From positions 186,001 to 250,000 of the forward strand of contig JASTWF010000369.1 of the NCBI GenBank assembly GCA_030390025.1: 64,000 nt of DNA, given 5' to 3'. Every line of letters begins with the position of its first letter. Positions within the stretch are counted from its first letter, which is position 1. The translations under genes and the position numbers were made by a program. Below are positions 13,725 through 25,900 of the stretch, piece after piece. The DNA is from Squalus acanthias (Eukaryota). The notes under the pieces are model-generated. The model saw only the letters and a list, made by a program, of their open reading frames with translations, searched no databases and was not told the DNA's origin.

Positions 13725-14116
13725 TATATATTTCAGCCTTGAATATACTCAAATGGGGAAAAATTAGGTCGCGCCCCGTTTGGGGCGCAAATATCGTCTG
13801 GACGCAAATATTAGCGCCTGGCGCTAATTATCGCCACTGACTGGAAACTTCAATTTTACCGCCCCGGGAGGTGAGTGGAGCGCTAAATCAGGCACTGCAC
13901 ACCTGTCTTAAGGCGCAAAGGCCGAGCAGTGAGGCGCTAACTCAGCACGCGAGCGCAGCGCAGGTGCTGCCAGTTAGCGAGGGAACACAGACACACTGGC
14001 GCCGGCCAGTTCTTAAAGCGAGGGAGGGGGGGCAACTTGCTCCCCAGCCACACCCTGCTCATTGCAGCCTTGAATCTCGGCCTGGAGAGACCTGTGAATC
14101 CATTTTGCTGCCAAGG

Positions 14117-15973
14117 ATGGAGAGGGTGAGAGAACGAGCTCATCGCTTCACCGAGCGGGCCTTGGATGCTCTGGTTGGCGCGGTGGAGCGCAGAAGATGT
14201 ATACTCTTCCCTGAGAGTGGCAGGAGGCCTTTGCCACGCGAGTACAGAAGAGTGTGGAGGGAGGTGGTTCAGAGCGTCTCCTCCAGGAGCAGGTGCCCAG
14301 GACCCATGTTCAATGCCGCAAAATGTTCAACGACCTCACTCGGGTCGTCAGGGTGAGTGGCTTTTTCTCAATACCTCTCCATCCCTCCATCTCAACCTCA
14401 CTCTATGGCCAGAGGGTCTTAAAACCCCAATGCACAACACTCATCCAACACCTATGGCCCTTTCATGAAACACACACACACACATTCCACACTTTGCATA
14501 CAGTAAGGGCTATTCACCTATGGGAGGCACATCAGGCAAGACCATGGCTGCATACAGTAAGGGCTATTCACCTATGGAAGGCACATCAGGCAAGACCATG
14601 GCTGTATATTTACTCAGATGCTGTCCTTTTTCTTGCAGGCCAAGCTGGCGCATAATCGGAGACAGCAGCAACGGACAGGTGGAGGGCGGCCTCAGCTGCA
14701 ACCCCTCAGCGATCTTGAGGAGCGCGTCCACAGGATTGTGGCAAGCCGGGTGATCGGTCCCGTCGCCACTGGAGACGCCGACCCCGTTCTGGACAGCAAT
14801 GGTAAGGTCATCACCTTTTTGTCCTCTGTCCTTCCACTTGTCCCTCACAACACCAGCCTTTGACACTTTCAATCCAACTTGCTAACTCGCTGCACTTATT
14901 CCTCCCTTACTGCCACCCTGTCCTCACGCTAAAGCCACTCTTGTACCTCCCTGCTTTCAGATGGTGATTCACCAGCTGAGGAGACGGGCCCTGAAGCTGC
15001 CACTGGGAGTGAAGCTGCAGCCGAGGAGGAAGAATAAGCCGGAGCATCAGTGCCACCCTCTCCCGAGGAAGCCCATGCCCACACTGGGAGCACGCCTTCC
15101 CTGGAGGGGAGCAGGGGGGAAGGGTCTGATGAGGGTGAAGCGCCAGGACCCAGCGGGCTGCAGCAACGCCAAGGGGGTAGGGAAGAACGGGGGCCTTCTC
15201 CCCAGAGGGAGAGTATGCCAGAGACTCCTACTGCAATGGACGCAGAGGAGGAGCGGCTGATCGCAGAAATGAACACCCAGGCGGTGGGCATGCACACTGA
15301 GCTCATGGGTGCAGTGGGAAGGGTGCCCGAATGCATTGAGTCACTGGCAATGAGTGTGGAGCACTTCGCTGTAGCAGAGGCGGATGCCACACTAACGCTT
15401 AGTGCTGCAATTCAGTCACTGACTGCCGTGATCCCATCTCTGACTGCTCTTATGCAGACTCAGATTGAGGCCACGCGAGCACTGACTGCTGCCAACCTCG
15501 ATGGTTCGTTCACATGTCCCCGGGGCTCTCACCGCGCCGCAGCAGGCAAGCAATCTGTGCTCCAGCAGATTGCTCCGGATGCTGAAGTGCTGCCCCGTGG
15601 GAGTGCCAGTGTGTCGGGCGAGCAGGGAGTTGCTGTCCTCTCTCACGATGACAGCATTCCTGCTGCCAACACTGTCACTTCTCCACTGCACTTGCCACCG
15701 CCTGTAGGACAGACTGCTGCCGCCCATGCAGAGTTGGTGCATTCTGCAGCCGGGCCCTCCAGGCCCAGAACTGGTCGAGGCCGTCCTTCAGGGGCATCTG
15801 CAGTGTCAGGGTCTGACGATCAGCAGCCTTCCACCAGCCTTGCTGCAGCCACTGAGGTCCCATTACGGAGGAGCAGTAGGGTTAGAAGGGGGGGAAGTGC
15901 GCAAGGGAAGGAGATCACCCTCGAAGGGCAAAAAGTAGGAGGTGTGACAAAATGCTGGTCATTTTTTAATTAA
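14117..15973 (+). pseudogene. Harbinger Myb/SANT-like DNA-binding gene, 3 exons (14117-14352, 14639-14801, 14961-15973), disabled
   Basis: RFTERALDALV..V...W..V...RTHVQCRKMFNDL; GTGAGT donor 14353, TTGCAG acceptor 14638; AKLAHNRRQQQRTGGG; GTAAGG donor 14802, TTTCAG acceptor 14960; frameshift near 14290 and in-frame TAA near 15035. Confidence 0.85.
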
Positions 15974-16250
15974 AGGCCGAGGTTCGTGGTCCAACTTTTG
16001 TTCAGTGTTTTGGACATTATCTCCAGGTTGTGAGAACCAGTTATGTTATTGACTGTTTTTTTGTGTTTATTTCTATGAGTTTGTCATGAGGAAATGACAC
16101 ACGCAGAGTTTGTAAAATAAATACGTTTTTGTATTCAAAATATACATGTTTGGTGTTTGGAATTATTGGTGCCTTGGCCGGCTTAGGGTTTGCGTGCTGG
16201 GTTCATTGATGTTGTTAGCAATGGCAGAAGCCATTTCCACAGCAGGGGCC

Positions 16251-17411
16251 CTAGAAGCGGCTTGCTATTAGCCATTGACGGACGGCCCTTGCAGTTTCAC
16301 CATTGTGGGCCGCCCTCCCGCCTTGGTGCTGCTGATGATCATCCTCCTCGTCCTCTTCCTCCTCTTCCTCCTCCTCCTCTGGTGGTGCTCCAAGGCCTGG
16401 TGGCATTGGCTGGGTCCTGACGATTGCCATGTTATGCAACATGCAGCACACAACTACGAAGTTGGATACTCGCTCAGGCGAGTACTGCAGGGCTCCTCCA
16501 GAATGATCGAGACAGCGGAACCGTTGCTTCAGCACGCCGATTGTGCGCTCAATGATGTTCCTGGTAGCTTGATGGCTCTCATTGTACCGCAGCTCAGCAG
16601 GGGTGTTGGGCATACGGAGCGGTGTCATCAGCCAGGTGCTCAATTGATACCCCTTGTCCTCGAGAAGCCAACCAACTGGCTGATGCGGTGCCTCGAAAAG
16701 TTCTGCCACAGTAGTCTGGCGCAGGATAATAGCATCGTGGCAGCTGCCAGGATAGTGGGCATTGACAGCGAGTATCAGCTGTCTGTGGTCACAGACCAAC
16801 TGGACATTCAAGGAATGGAACCCCTTTCTGTTCCGGAATTCCTCGGCATTCTCATGTGGAGCACGCAAAGCCACATGCGTGCAGTCAATGGCGCCCTGCA
16901 CCATGGGGAAGCCCGCTATCCTCGCAAAGCCCAGAGCATGGTCACGCTGCTTGTCTGGGGTCATGGGGAAAGAGATGAACTCTCGTCTCCTTTTAAAGAG
17001 GGCATTTGTGACCTGCCGGATGCAGCAATGCACCGCGAACTGGGAGAAATTGGCGAGGTCCCCAGCAGCAGCTTGAAATGAGCCAGTAGCATGGAAGTTG
17101 AGAGCCACTGTGACCTTCACAGCCACCGACAGAGACGTGCTGGACCTCAATTGAGGCTGCAGATCTGGCTGCAGCAGGTGGCTGAGCTCAGTGACCACCT
17201 CCTTGCTGAATCGCAGCCTTCGCAAACACAGCTCCTCAGACATATGAAGGTAGGAGAGCTGTTCACGATATACCCTGGGAGGGTAAGCTCTCCTGTACAT
17301 ACGCCTGTTGGCCCTCCTCCGTCTGGCCATCATTGCCACTCTCTCTCTGCGTCTCTGTGTCCTCCGATTCAGCTGGAGCAGGACGACGCCTCGAATCAGT
17401 GCAGCCCCCAT
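16251..17411 (-). CDS. Harbinger (HARBI1-like) DDE transposase, uninterrupted ORF
   Basis: GAIDCTH, FRNRKGFHSLNVQLVCD, PGSCHDA, LLEDKGY, IERTIGVLKQRFRCLD, CCMLHN; likely ATG at 17411 (MGAAL). LLEDKGY differs from the usual LLGDKGY. Confidence 0.92.
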   Translation of the reverse strand: MGAALIRGVVLLQLNRRTQRRRERVAMMARRRRANRRMYRRAYPPRVYREQLSYLHMSEELCLRRLRFSKEVVTELSHLLQPDLQPQLRSSTSLSVAVKVTVALNFHATGSFQAAAGDLANFSQFAVHCCIRQVTNALFKRRREFISFPMTPDKQRDHALGFARIAGFPMVQGAIDCTHVALRAPHENAEEFRNRKGFHSLNVQLVCDHRQLILAVNAHYPGSCHDAIILRQTTVAELFEAPHQPVGWLLEDKGYQLSTWLMTPLRMPNTPAELRYNESHQATRNIIERTIGVLKQRFRCLDHSGGALQYSPERVSNFVVVCCMLHNMAIVRTQPMPPGLGAPPEEEEEEEEEDEEDDHQQHQGGRAAHNGETARAVRQWLIASRF

Positions 17412-20116
17412 AGTCTCTTTGCAAGCAAAGTAATGAAGGACAGCAACCAAAGTAGCAGCGAAGTAAGGATCAGTAGGCAAAACTACCTCACAAACCGTTG
17501 ACTCAATGCAGAAGTCTCTCTTTCTCTCTCTCCGAATTTCTCTCTCTCTCTCAGAACGAGTGGTGCAAAAATGTCAACCACAGAAAAAGACAGGAAGAGG
17601 TCCCCTTTAAATAGCGCCCCCACCCCCCCGCCCCAGCCCCACAGCGATTGATAGCGTTCCAGTCTTCCGGTCGTTGGATGCGCCAGGCGGTAAGGCAGGG
17701 GGTGCCACTCAATTTCCGCTCCGGGGCGCCACAAGGGCGTTGCACCATGGAATGACGTCACAATCTGCGCGCGCAGGTGGTCGCGGCGGTAAGGTTTAGC
17801 GCCGCCGCACAATGTCCAGTTAAGTTCCCGAGCGGCGCAAACATCGCTGCGCCCGGGCGCTAGCAGCTTTGCGCCCCATTAGCGCCCTCTTAAGGCGCTA
17901 ACGGGAGGCGCAACCAACTGAATTTTTACCCCAAAGACTCAGCATTCAGAGTCCTCTGGGGCAGATAATTCCAAAGATTCACAAACCTCTGTGTGAAGAA
18001 ATTCTTCCTCATCTCAATCATAAATGGCCTACCCCTTATCCTGAGACTATGCCCCCAAGTTGTAGACACACCAGACAGGGGAAACAACCTTTCAGCATCT
18101 ACCCTTTCAATCCCCTTCAGAATGTTATATATTTGAATGAGATCACCTCTGATTCTTCTAAACCCCAGAGAGTATAGGCCCATTCTAAACAATCTGTCAT
18201 CATAGGACAGCCCTCTCATGTCTGCAATCAATCTAGTGAACCTTCGTTGCAGCGCCTCCAAGGCAAGTATATCCTTCCTTAGATAAGGAGTCCAAGACTG
18301 TGCACAGTACTCCAGGCGTGGTCTCACCATGGCCCTGTACAATTGTAGCAAGACTTCCATAATCTTAGACACCAACCCCATTGCAATAAAGGACAACATG
18401 CCATTTGCCTTCCTTTTTGCTTGCTGTATGTACCTGCATGCTAGTTTTCTGTGTTTCTTGCACGAGGACACCAAGTCTCTCTGAACACCAACATTAGAAA
18501 GTTTCTCACCATTTAAAACAAAATCTGTTTTGCTATTCTTCCAACCAAAGTGAGTAACCTCACATTTCACTACATTATACTCCATCTGCCACCTTATTGC
18601 CCAATCACTTAGTCTATCTATATCCCTTTGCAGACTCTTTGTGTTCTCCTCACAGCTTACTGTCCCAGCTAGCTTTGTATCATCAGCAAACTCGGATATA
18701 TTACACTCGGTTCCTTCATCTATGACATTAATACATATTGTGAATAGCTGAGACCCCAACACTGATCATTTCGGCACCCCAGTAGTTACAGCTTGCCAAA
18801 CTGACAAAGATCTGTTTACCCCTACTATCTGTTTTCTGTCTGTTAACCAATCCTCTATCCATGCTATTATATCACACCCAACGTCATGAGCCCCAATCTT
18901 GTGGAATAATCATTTATGTGGCACCTAATTGAATGACTTTTGGAAATCCAGATATACTACATCCACTGGTTCCCCTTTATCTACCCTACTAGTTACTTCC
19001 TCAAAAAACTCTAATAAAATTGTCAAACACGATTTCCCTTTCATAAAACCATGTTGATTCTGCCTAATCGTATTATGATTTTCTAAATGACTTGATACCA
19101 CTTCCTTAACAATGGATTCCAGCATTTTCCCGACAACTGATTTCAGGATAATTGGCCTGCAGTTCCCTGTTGTTTCTGTCCCTCATTTCTTGAATAGCGT
19201 TGTTACATTTGCGACCTTCCAATCCACTGGCACCATTCCAGAGTCTAGGGAATTTTGGCAGATCAAAATCAATGCATCCAATATCTCTTCAGCCACCTCT
19301 TTTAGAACCCGAGGATGAAGGCCGTTAGGCCCAGGGGATTTGTTGGCTTTTGGACCCATTAGTTTCTCTAATACTTTTCTCTACTTATATTAATTACGTT
19401 AAGTTCCTCACCCTCATTAGACCCTTGGTTACCCAACATTATTGGTATGCTGTTTATGTCTTCTGTTGTGAAGACAGATACAAAATATCTGTTTAATTTT
19501 TCTGCCTTATTCGCCATAATAATTTCTCCTGTCTCAGCCTCTAATGGACCAACGTTTACTTTTGCTATTATTTTCCTTTTTACATACTTGTAGAAACTCT
19601 TACAATCTGCTTTTATATTTCATGCTAGCTTTCTCTCATATTCTATTTTTTCCCTTTTCATTAATTTTTTGGTCAACCTTTGCTGGTTTCTGAAACTCTC
19701 CCAATCCCCAGGCTTACTATTATTCTTTGCAACATTATAAGCTGCTTCTTTCAATCTAATGTTATTCTTAACTTCTTTTGTTAGCCACGGTTGGATCACT
19801 TTTCCCTTGGAGTTTTTGCTTCTCAATGGAATGTATTTTTGTTGGAATTATGAAATATTTCTTTAAATGCTAGCCACTGCTTATATACCGCAATACCTTT
19901 AAATCTATTTTTCCAATCTAACTTAGCCAACTCGCTCCACATGCCTATGTAATTGACTTTATTTAAGTTTAAGAGTCTAGTTTCGGAATTAGGGAAGTCA
20001 CTTTCAAAATTAAAGTGACATTCTTTCATATTATGATCACTCTGCCCCAGAGGATCCTTTACTATGAGATTGCTAATTAACCCTGTCTGTTTACACAGTA
20101 CAAGGTATAAAATAGT

Positions 20117-20742
20117 CTATTTTATTTCGGTCGCCTGTCAATTTAATTCCCCACTCCACTCCCACTCAGACCTCACCATCCACGGCCTCTTGCCTTGTTC
20201 CAGTGAAGTTCAGCGTAAGCTCGATGAACAGCACCTTGTCTTTCAATGAGGCACTTTACAGCCTTCTGGACTCAGCATAGAGTTCAACAATTTCAGATCA
20301 TAACCTCGGCCCCTGTCATATATATATATATTAACCACACTTTTTGTCAGTGTATTTTGTTCTTCTCTCCCACTTGGCAGCTGTCTTTCATTCTGCCAGC
20401 GCAATTTACACTTCATCTTGAGCCATCCTTTGTTTCTGAACCTGTCCCATTACCATCTCCTTTTGCCTTGAATATTTCTTAAAATTTCTTAACATCTCCT
20501 GCCTTCTATCCTTATACGGACCTACCCTTTTGTTCTTTCATCCCCTCCCCCCTTTCCAAGCCCCTAAACCTGCTCAAAAATCTGTTTAATTTCCTGCTTT
20601 TTTCCAGTTCTGACGAAAGGTCATCGACCCGAAACGTTAACTCCGTTTCTCTTTTCACAGATGCTGCCTAACCTGCTGAGTATCTCCAGCATTTTCAGTT
20701 TTTATTTCAGATTTCCAGCATCTGCAGTATTTTCTTTTTATC
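20117..20742 (+). mobile_element. Penelope-like 3' fragment inserted in CR1
   Basis: VACQFNSPLHSHSDL..GLL.C.SEVQRKLDEQHLVF..GTLQPSGL..EFNNF; flanked by a tataaaata duplication; hammerhead motif near its end. Confidence 0.8.
20606..20642 (+). ncRNA. Minimal hammerhead ribozyme motif (PLE type)
   Basis: aguu CUGACGA AA GGUC-auc-GACC C GAAA CGUU aacu; aguu/aacu helix I, palindromic ACGU helix III. Confidence 0.65.
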
Positions 20743-21463
20743 TATAAAATAACTTGTTCCCTGGTTGGTTCCATAATATATTGTTCGAGGAAACTGTCCC
20801 GAATTCATTCCATGAACTCATCCTCCAGAATACCTTTGCCAATTTGATTTGTCTAGTCTGTATTAAGATTAAAGTCCTGCAAGAATATTGCATTACCTTT
20901 GTTGCAAGCTCCTACTATTTCTTGATTAATATTCTGTCTAACGATATAGCTACTCTTAGGGGGCCTATATAATACTCCGACCAGTGTTTACTATCCCTTG
21001 TTATTCCTTATCTCCACCCATAAGGATTCTACATCCTGATCGTCCGAGCCGAGTTCCTTTCTCATTACTTTCCTTATGTCATCCTTTATTATCAGGGTTA
21101 CTCCCCTTCATTTTCCATTCTGCCTGTCTTTTCGAAACGTCAGGTACATTGGGACATTTAGTTCCCAACCTTGATGACCTTCCAAGGTGAGGTATTTTAT
21201 TTTGGTAAGAAGAATTAGCAGCCATATATTACTTGCAAAATAAGAATCTAAATGGGGTAGAGGGGCAACGGGATCAGGGAGTACAAATAAACAAGCCATT
21301 AAGAGTTCCTATGCAGATCAATAGGCCATAACAAAAGCAAACCAAAATCTAGGATTTACTGCTAGGGGACTGGAATTGGACTCTGGAGAAGTTATGCTCA
21401 ACTTATATCGATCCATGATTGGACCAAACTTGGACTGCTGTGTACAGTTTTGGTTGTCATTGT

Positions 21464-22445
21464 GGCCTAGAAATTCGGGTGGCCGGCTTGCCGCGGGGGT
21501 AAGGATCACGCGCACTCTTACCCACATCGCCTGTCGTTGTGTTTCGGGCCCACAGGAACTTCGGGTCCTGGGCCTCTCCCAAGAGCCGGCGCGCAGTGCT
21601 TGCGTGTTCCAGGGGCGCAGTTAGTGCGATGCGACCCCTGGGATCACGTGGGCCATGGAGAGCCAATGGCAGCAGACCATCTTTCATTCATAGATTTGAC
21701 AGGAGACCTGTCAAATCTGTGAATTGCAATCGGCTAAAAGAACAGCTAAACCTCAAATATTTTTTTTAAAAACCCATCACATTCATAATATAACTATAGT
21801 TAAATAAATTAACCACTTTAAACAAAAATGTAAATTTTTGAGAAAATTAAAATACTTTTTAAAAGTTATAAAAATAAACTTCCCTTTCTTTCATGTCTCT
21901 AAAAAAGATATACCTGTTGAAAAAAAATTAAAATTATACTTAATTAAATACTTACCTGGTTCAAAACGGATCTTACGCCTCCTTTTTACTAGCGTAGAAT
22001 CTTCAATACTAATACGATAGCAAAATACTGCGGATGCTGGAAATCCGAAATAACAACAGAAAACGCTGGAAAAACTCAGCAGGCCAGGCAGCATCCGTGG
22101 AGAGAGAAAGTGAGTTAACGTTTCAGGTCGATGACCTTTCATTAGAACTGATGAAAGGTCATCGACCTGAAACGTTAACTCACTTTCTCTCTCCACGGAT
22201 GCTGCCTGGCCTGCTGAGTATCTTCAATACTAACCCTCGCGTTGAAACCTAAAAAAAACCTAAGTGTGCTGTGTGCGCGCAGCCTCTAGTGCGCACGCGG
22301 TTCACCTCGGAACTGCCCCCATCGCCATACCGGAAGTGCCGGTTTCCCGCGCATGCGCAGTGCATGCAGGAAACCGGCACTTCGGGAATGAATACGGGTG
22401 AGTACACATTCCGTACTCACCCGAGAACGGCCGAATTTTTGGGCC
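21464..22445. mobile_element. Non-coding TIR element (Harbinger-like MITE)
   Basis: GGCCTAGAAATTCGG ... CCGAATTTTTGGGCC termini, GC-rich subterminal and AT-rich middle; cleanly interrupts the old CR1. Confidence 0.7.
22013..22219. mobile_element. 207-bp fold-back Penelope terminal insertion with 14-bp TSD
   Basis: ATCTTCAATACTAA at 21999-22012 and 22220-22233; near-perfect inverted repeat 22074-22219 with ~72-bp arms. Confidence 0.85.
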
Positions 22446-22955
22446 AAAGGATATAGAGGCACTGGAGGGAGTGCAAAAAAATTACAAGGATGATACCAGA
22501 ACCGCGAGGTTATCCATGTCAGGTAAGGATGAGTAGGCTGGGACTCCTTACTTTTGAAAGGAGAAACATGAGGAGTTTCATAATAGAGGTCTTTGAAATG
22601 ATGAAATGTTTTGATAGAGCAGACATAGTGAGTTACCACTTGTGGGGAAAACTTAAGGCCGTCACCATAAGATAGTCACCATAAGATAGTCACCATGAAA
22701 TAAAAATAGAGAATTCAGAAGAAACTTCTTTACACCAAGAGTGGTGAGAATACGGAACATACTATGAGAAATTACTGGAGGCGAATAGTATAATTGCATT
22801 TCAGGGTAAGCTAGCCAGGCATATGAGGGAGAAGGGTATAGAGGGTTATGCTGATGGATGCAGATGAGGCAGGATGAGAGGAGGCTCGTGTGGAGCATAA
22901 ACGCCGACATGGACTGGTCGGACCGAATGGCCTATTTCTGTGCTGTGTATTCTAT

Positions 22956-25900
22956 TGCCCGTATTTTCCGCTCGGAGGCTTCCCACGGATGGAAGCCCCC
23001 GACCAGCAAAAAGGATCCACACCAACCTGAAGTCACAGCGCCCTGGGCAGCGTATGACGTCTCGCCGCCCAGGAGCGCAGCGTGCGTGCAGCCCCGGGCT
23101 TCGATCGGAGGGGAGAGCCACCCTCAAGAGCTGTCAGAACTTATATTTGCATAGGCCACGCCCCCGAATTTTTTAACTCTTCAGAGGCGATCAACACTGA
23201 AAGTAACTCTGAATCTCAATGGTAAGTTCTTTCTTTAAGTTTTTTTTTAACTTTTGTAAACTTTTAGAAACGTTTAAAGTCTTTTACATGGATTTTCATT
23301 TTATTTTCTATTATCATTTTAGAGTAAAATTGTTAACAACGCCAGAGAGCGTGCTCTGACAGGCGGTGGTGTTGTCACTCTGAGGGAGTTATCGGAGCAA
23401 GAGGAAATGCTCACGTAATTGCTTGGAATCAGTAGTGGCTGTTCAGTGTCTGGTGCCCAATCAGACATTGGGATAAGGAAACGTGAATTTGGTCTGTCCA
23501 GCTGTATATTTAAAACTGTTAGGTGTGTGTTGAATATCAGCTAATGTGATGTGGCAGATTGTGCTTCACCTTTGTAAATGTTTACTGCTTCCTTCCCACA
23601 GGTGGACAGCTTCCTTCTCACACACGGGATGAAGTATGTGTTCAGTCTGCGGCTGCAGCGGGCACTGGGGAAGGGGTTACAGATGCAGTGCGAGCAGTAA
23701 GTGAGGTGGAGGAGGAGGAGGAGGAATTTGCGCGGTGTCAGTTAGTGGAAGGGTGGGGTATGGACCCTGGGTGGCTGCACAGCACCTTTCCGTCTCCTGG
23801 ACCCTCTGGCTCTGTGCCAGGCACAGATGACTGTCGTTCCACAGCCAGACACCAACCTGATACAGCAGAGCAAGTGGAGAAGCAGCAATACGTTCAACGC
23901 AATGGATTTATATAGAAACTCAGGTGCAACAGGTTGAACGGTTGAGTCACGATATGTGTACTCTTCATGGGAAGAAACTTGACTCTCTTGCCTCTATCAG
24001 GCAGGGAATTGATGTTGTTGTTAAATATGTTACGATGGCGCTTAATCAGATACTATTGCAGTTGCAAAAAGCAGGCCATGTTACTATCGTGCTTAATTAG
24101 ATAAACGAGTCTCTCGTTCACCTATTGCAGCTGCAGAAAGCAGATTCTGCTGCCATTACTTTGACTCCCAGCGCAGACACAGTGCAAGCCCACGTGACAG
24201 CAGCTCCGCCAACTATGATGGAAGCAAATGTTGCCTTTCAGCAACAGCAGCAGCAGCAATGCAGCCCTGTCACGAGCCAATTGCTGAAGGGCAAGAGATG
24301 GCACACATGACGGCAGCGGGCTCCGTTCACGGGGAAGGGGAAAGCGCAGGAGACAGTAGGGTGTCTCCTTTTGCACAATCCGCTTCCTTCGACCCTCAGG
24401 CACAGATGCGAGGAGGCATATCGTTCAATTATTAAATGTTTTGTTTTATTTAAATGTTGGCGTTGTTTTTTTATTGAAATATTTATCTGTGACTGAAAGT
24501 GTATGTCACCGTTTCGTATCAAATGTACTGCCTCTAGTCACTTTGAAAAAAAATTCAATTTTTTATTAGCAACAAATTCAACATTACAACTGTTTGAGAA
24601 TTACAAAAATAGTTAGTTTCCATCTTGAATGTCTTTATTGAACAAAGAAACCGAAAAAATCACTTTAAACTGTTTATCAATTTTATCCAAAAATGTATCT
24701 TTGCAAATGTTTACAAAGCAGAAAATAGCTCGGTAACAATTAAAAGTTAAATACCGAAAACATCAAAACAGTACATCAAAATTCTTTGATGCTGCAATAA
24801 AAGTTCACTGTTTCACTTTAAATTGTGTTTGTTCCTTTCTTTGCCTTGCTGGGGGAGGGGGAGATAAAAGGCGACACTATCATAACCTTGTTAAGGTGTT
24901 GCCCACTAGCAGTTCCCGAGCAGCCTTGCTATCGGCAGCACTTGGCTCCTCCGATTTAGGCCTGGCCTCAGGCACATTGGCATGTTCATCTGCTTCAGCA
25001 TTGAGCTCCTCTGCAGTGTTTATTGTCAATCCTTCCCGCAGGGCAAAGTTATGCAAAGCACAACAGGCCACCACAATCCTTGACACGTTCAGAGGAGAAT
25101 ACTGTAAGGTCCCCCGTGACCTGTCCAGTCACCAGAAGCGTGATTTCAGAATCCCGATTTTCCTCTCGACCAGTTGCTTTGTGGAAGGTGTGGCTGGTTG
25201 TGTCTCTCCTGAGCCTCATTATTGGTCTTGCGGTAGGGAGTCATCAGCCACCGTTTTAGCGGGCCACCCTTGTCGGCCAATATCCATGCGGATCCTGGAG
25301 GCAATGTGCTGACGGCGCCATATCAGTCCGAGTGACGGAGGACGAAGGAGTCATGAGCTCTTCCCCGGTGATTTGCATTCACGTTTAGGATCCTGAGTTG
25401 TGCATCACAGACTTTCATAACATTTAATGAATGAAAGCCCTTCCTGTGGATGTATGTCACAGGTGCATCAATTGATGCCTTCAATGCAACATGGTTTCAT
25501 CGACGGCCCCAATCGCTTTGGGGAATCCAGCAGTGCTCTAAAATGCAAGGGCCCTCTGCTTTTGTTGCCGAGTGGAAAAGTCGAAGTCTACGAACTCTGA
25601 AGCCCTGTGGAAAATGGCCTCTGTGACCTGGTGAATGCAGGCCCGCGCAGCACTCTGGCAGATGTTTGAAATTTTACCGGTGCATGACTGAAATGACCCA
25701 CTTTCAATGAAGTTCAGCGCTGTGGTTACCTTCATGGACACTGACAAGGCAGTGCGGGTCTTCGAGCATGTTTGAAGGTCGTCCTTTAACATGTCACATA
25801 GTCGGCCGATTGCCCCTTTACTGAAGCGCACCCTCCTCACAAACAACTCCTCCGACAGCGTCTCAAAGGTCAGCCTCTCCCTGTACACTCTCTGGGGTGG

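Larger units (their letters stand above)
13754..17932. mobile_element. Full-length PIF/Harbinger DNA transposon with convergent Myb/SANT-like and transposase genes
   Basis: TIRs tGGGGAAAAATT / AATTTTTACCCC, TSD AAA (13751-13753, 17933-17935); removing it restores the CR1 sequence ctcaaagactcagc. Confidence 0.92.
12664..21185 (-). mobile_element. CR1 LINE (EN, RT, 3' UTR), interrupted by two Harbinger elements and a Penelope fragment
   Basis: Tail aacataagaac at 12664; ORFs 17926-18762 (FADDTKL, VRPRLEYC), 18925-19125 (NQHGFMKGKSCLT, YLDFQK), endonuclease region ~20745-21185. Confidence 0.9.
12440..22955 (+). mobile_element. Old CR1 3' fragment split into three pieces (about 12440-12663, 21186-21463, 22446-22955) by later insertions
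   Basis: FTVYMNDLD..ISKFAEGTKL..WQVNFNI resumes as EVFYFGKKN at 21186; LDCCVQFW resumes as KDIEALEGVQ at 22446; GTGAG present on both sides of the nested minus-strand CR1. Confidence 0.7.

Noticed and set aside
14494..14605. 54-bp tandem duplication producing a repeated peptide
   Set aside because: Lies inside predicted intron 1 of the Myb gene; a local duplication without coding meaning.
16251..17480. Domesticated host HARBI1 gene
   Set aside because: It lies between TIRs with a TSD and a convergent Myb partner, so it is a transposon copy.
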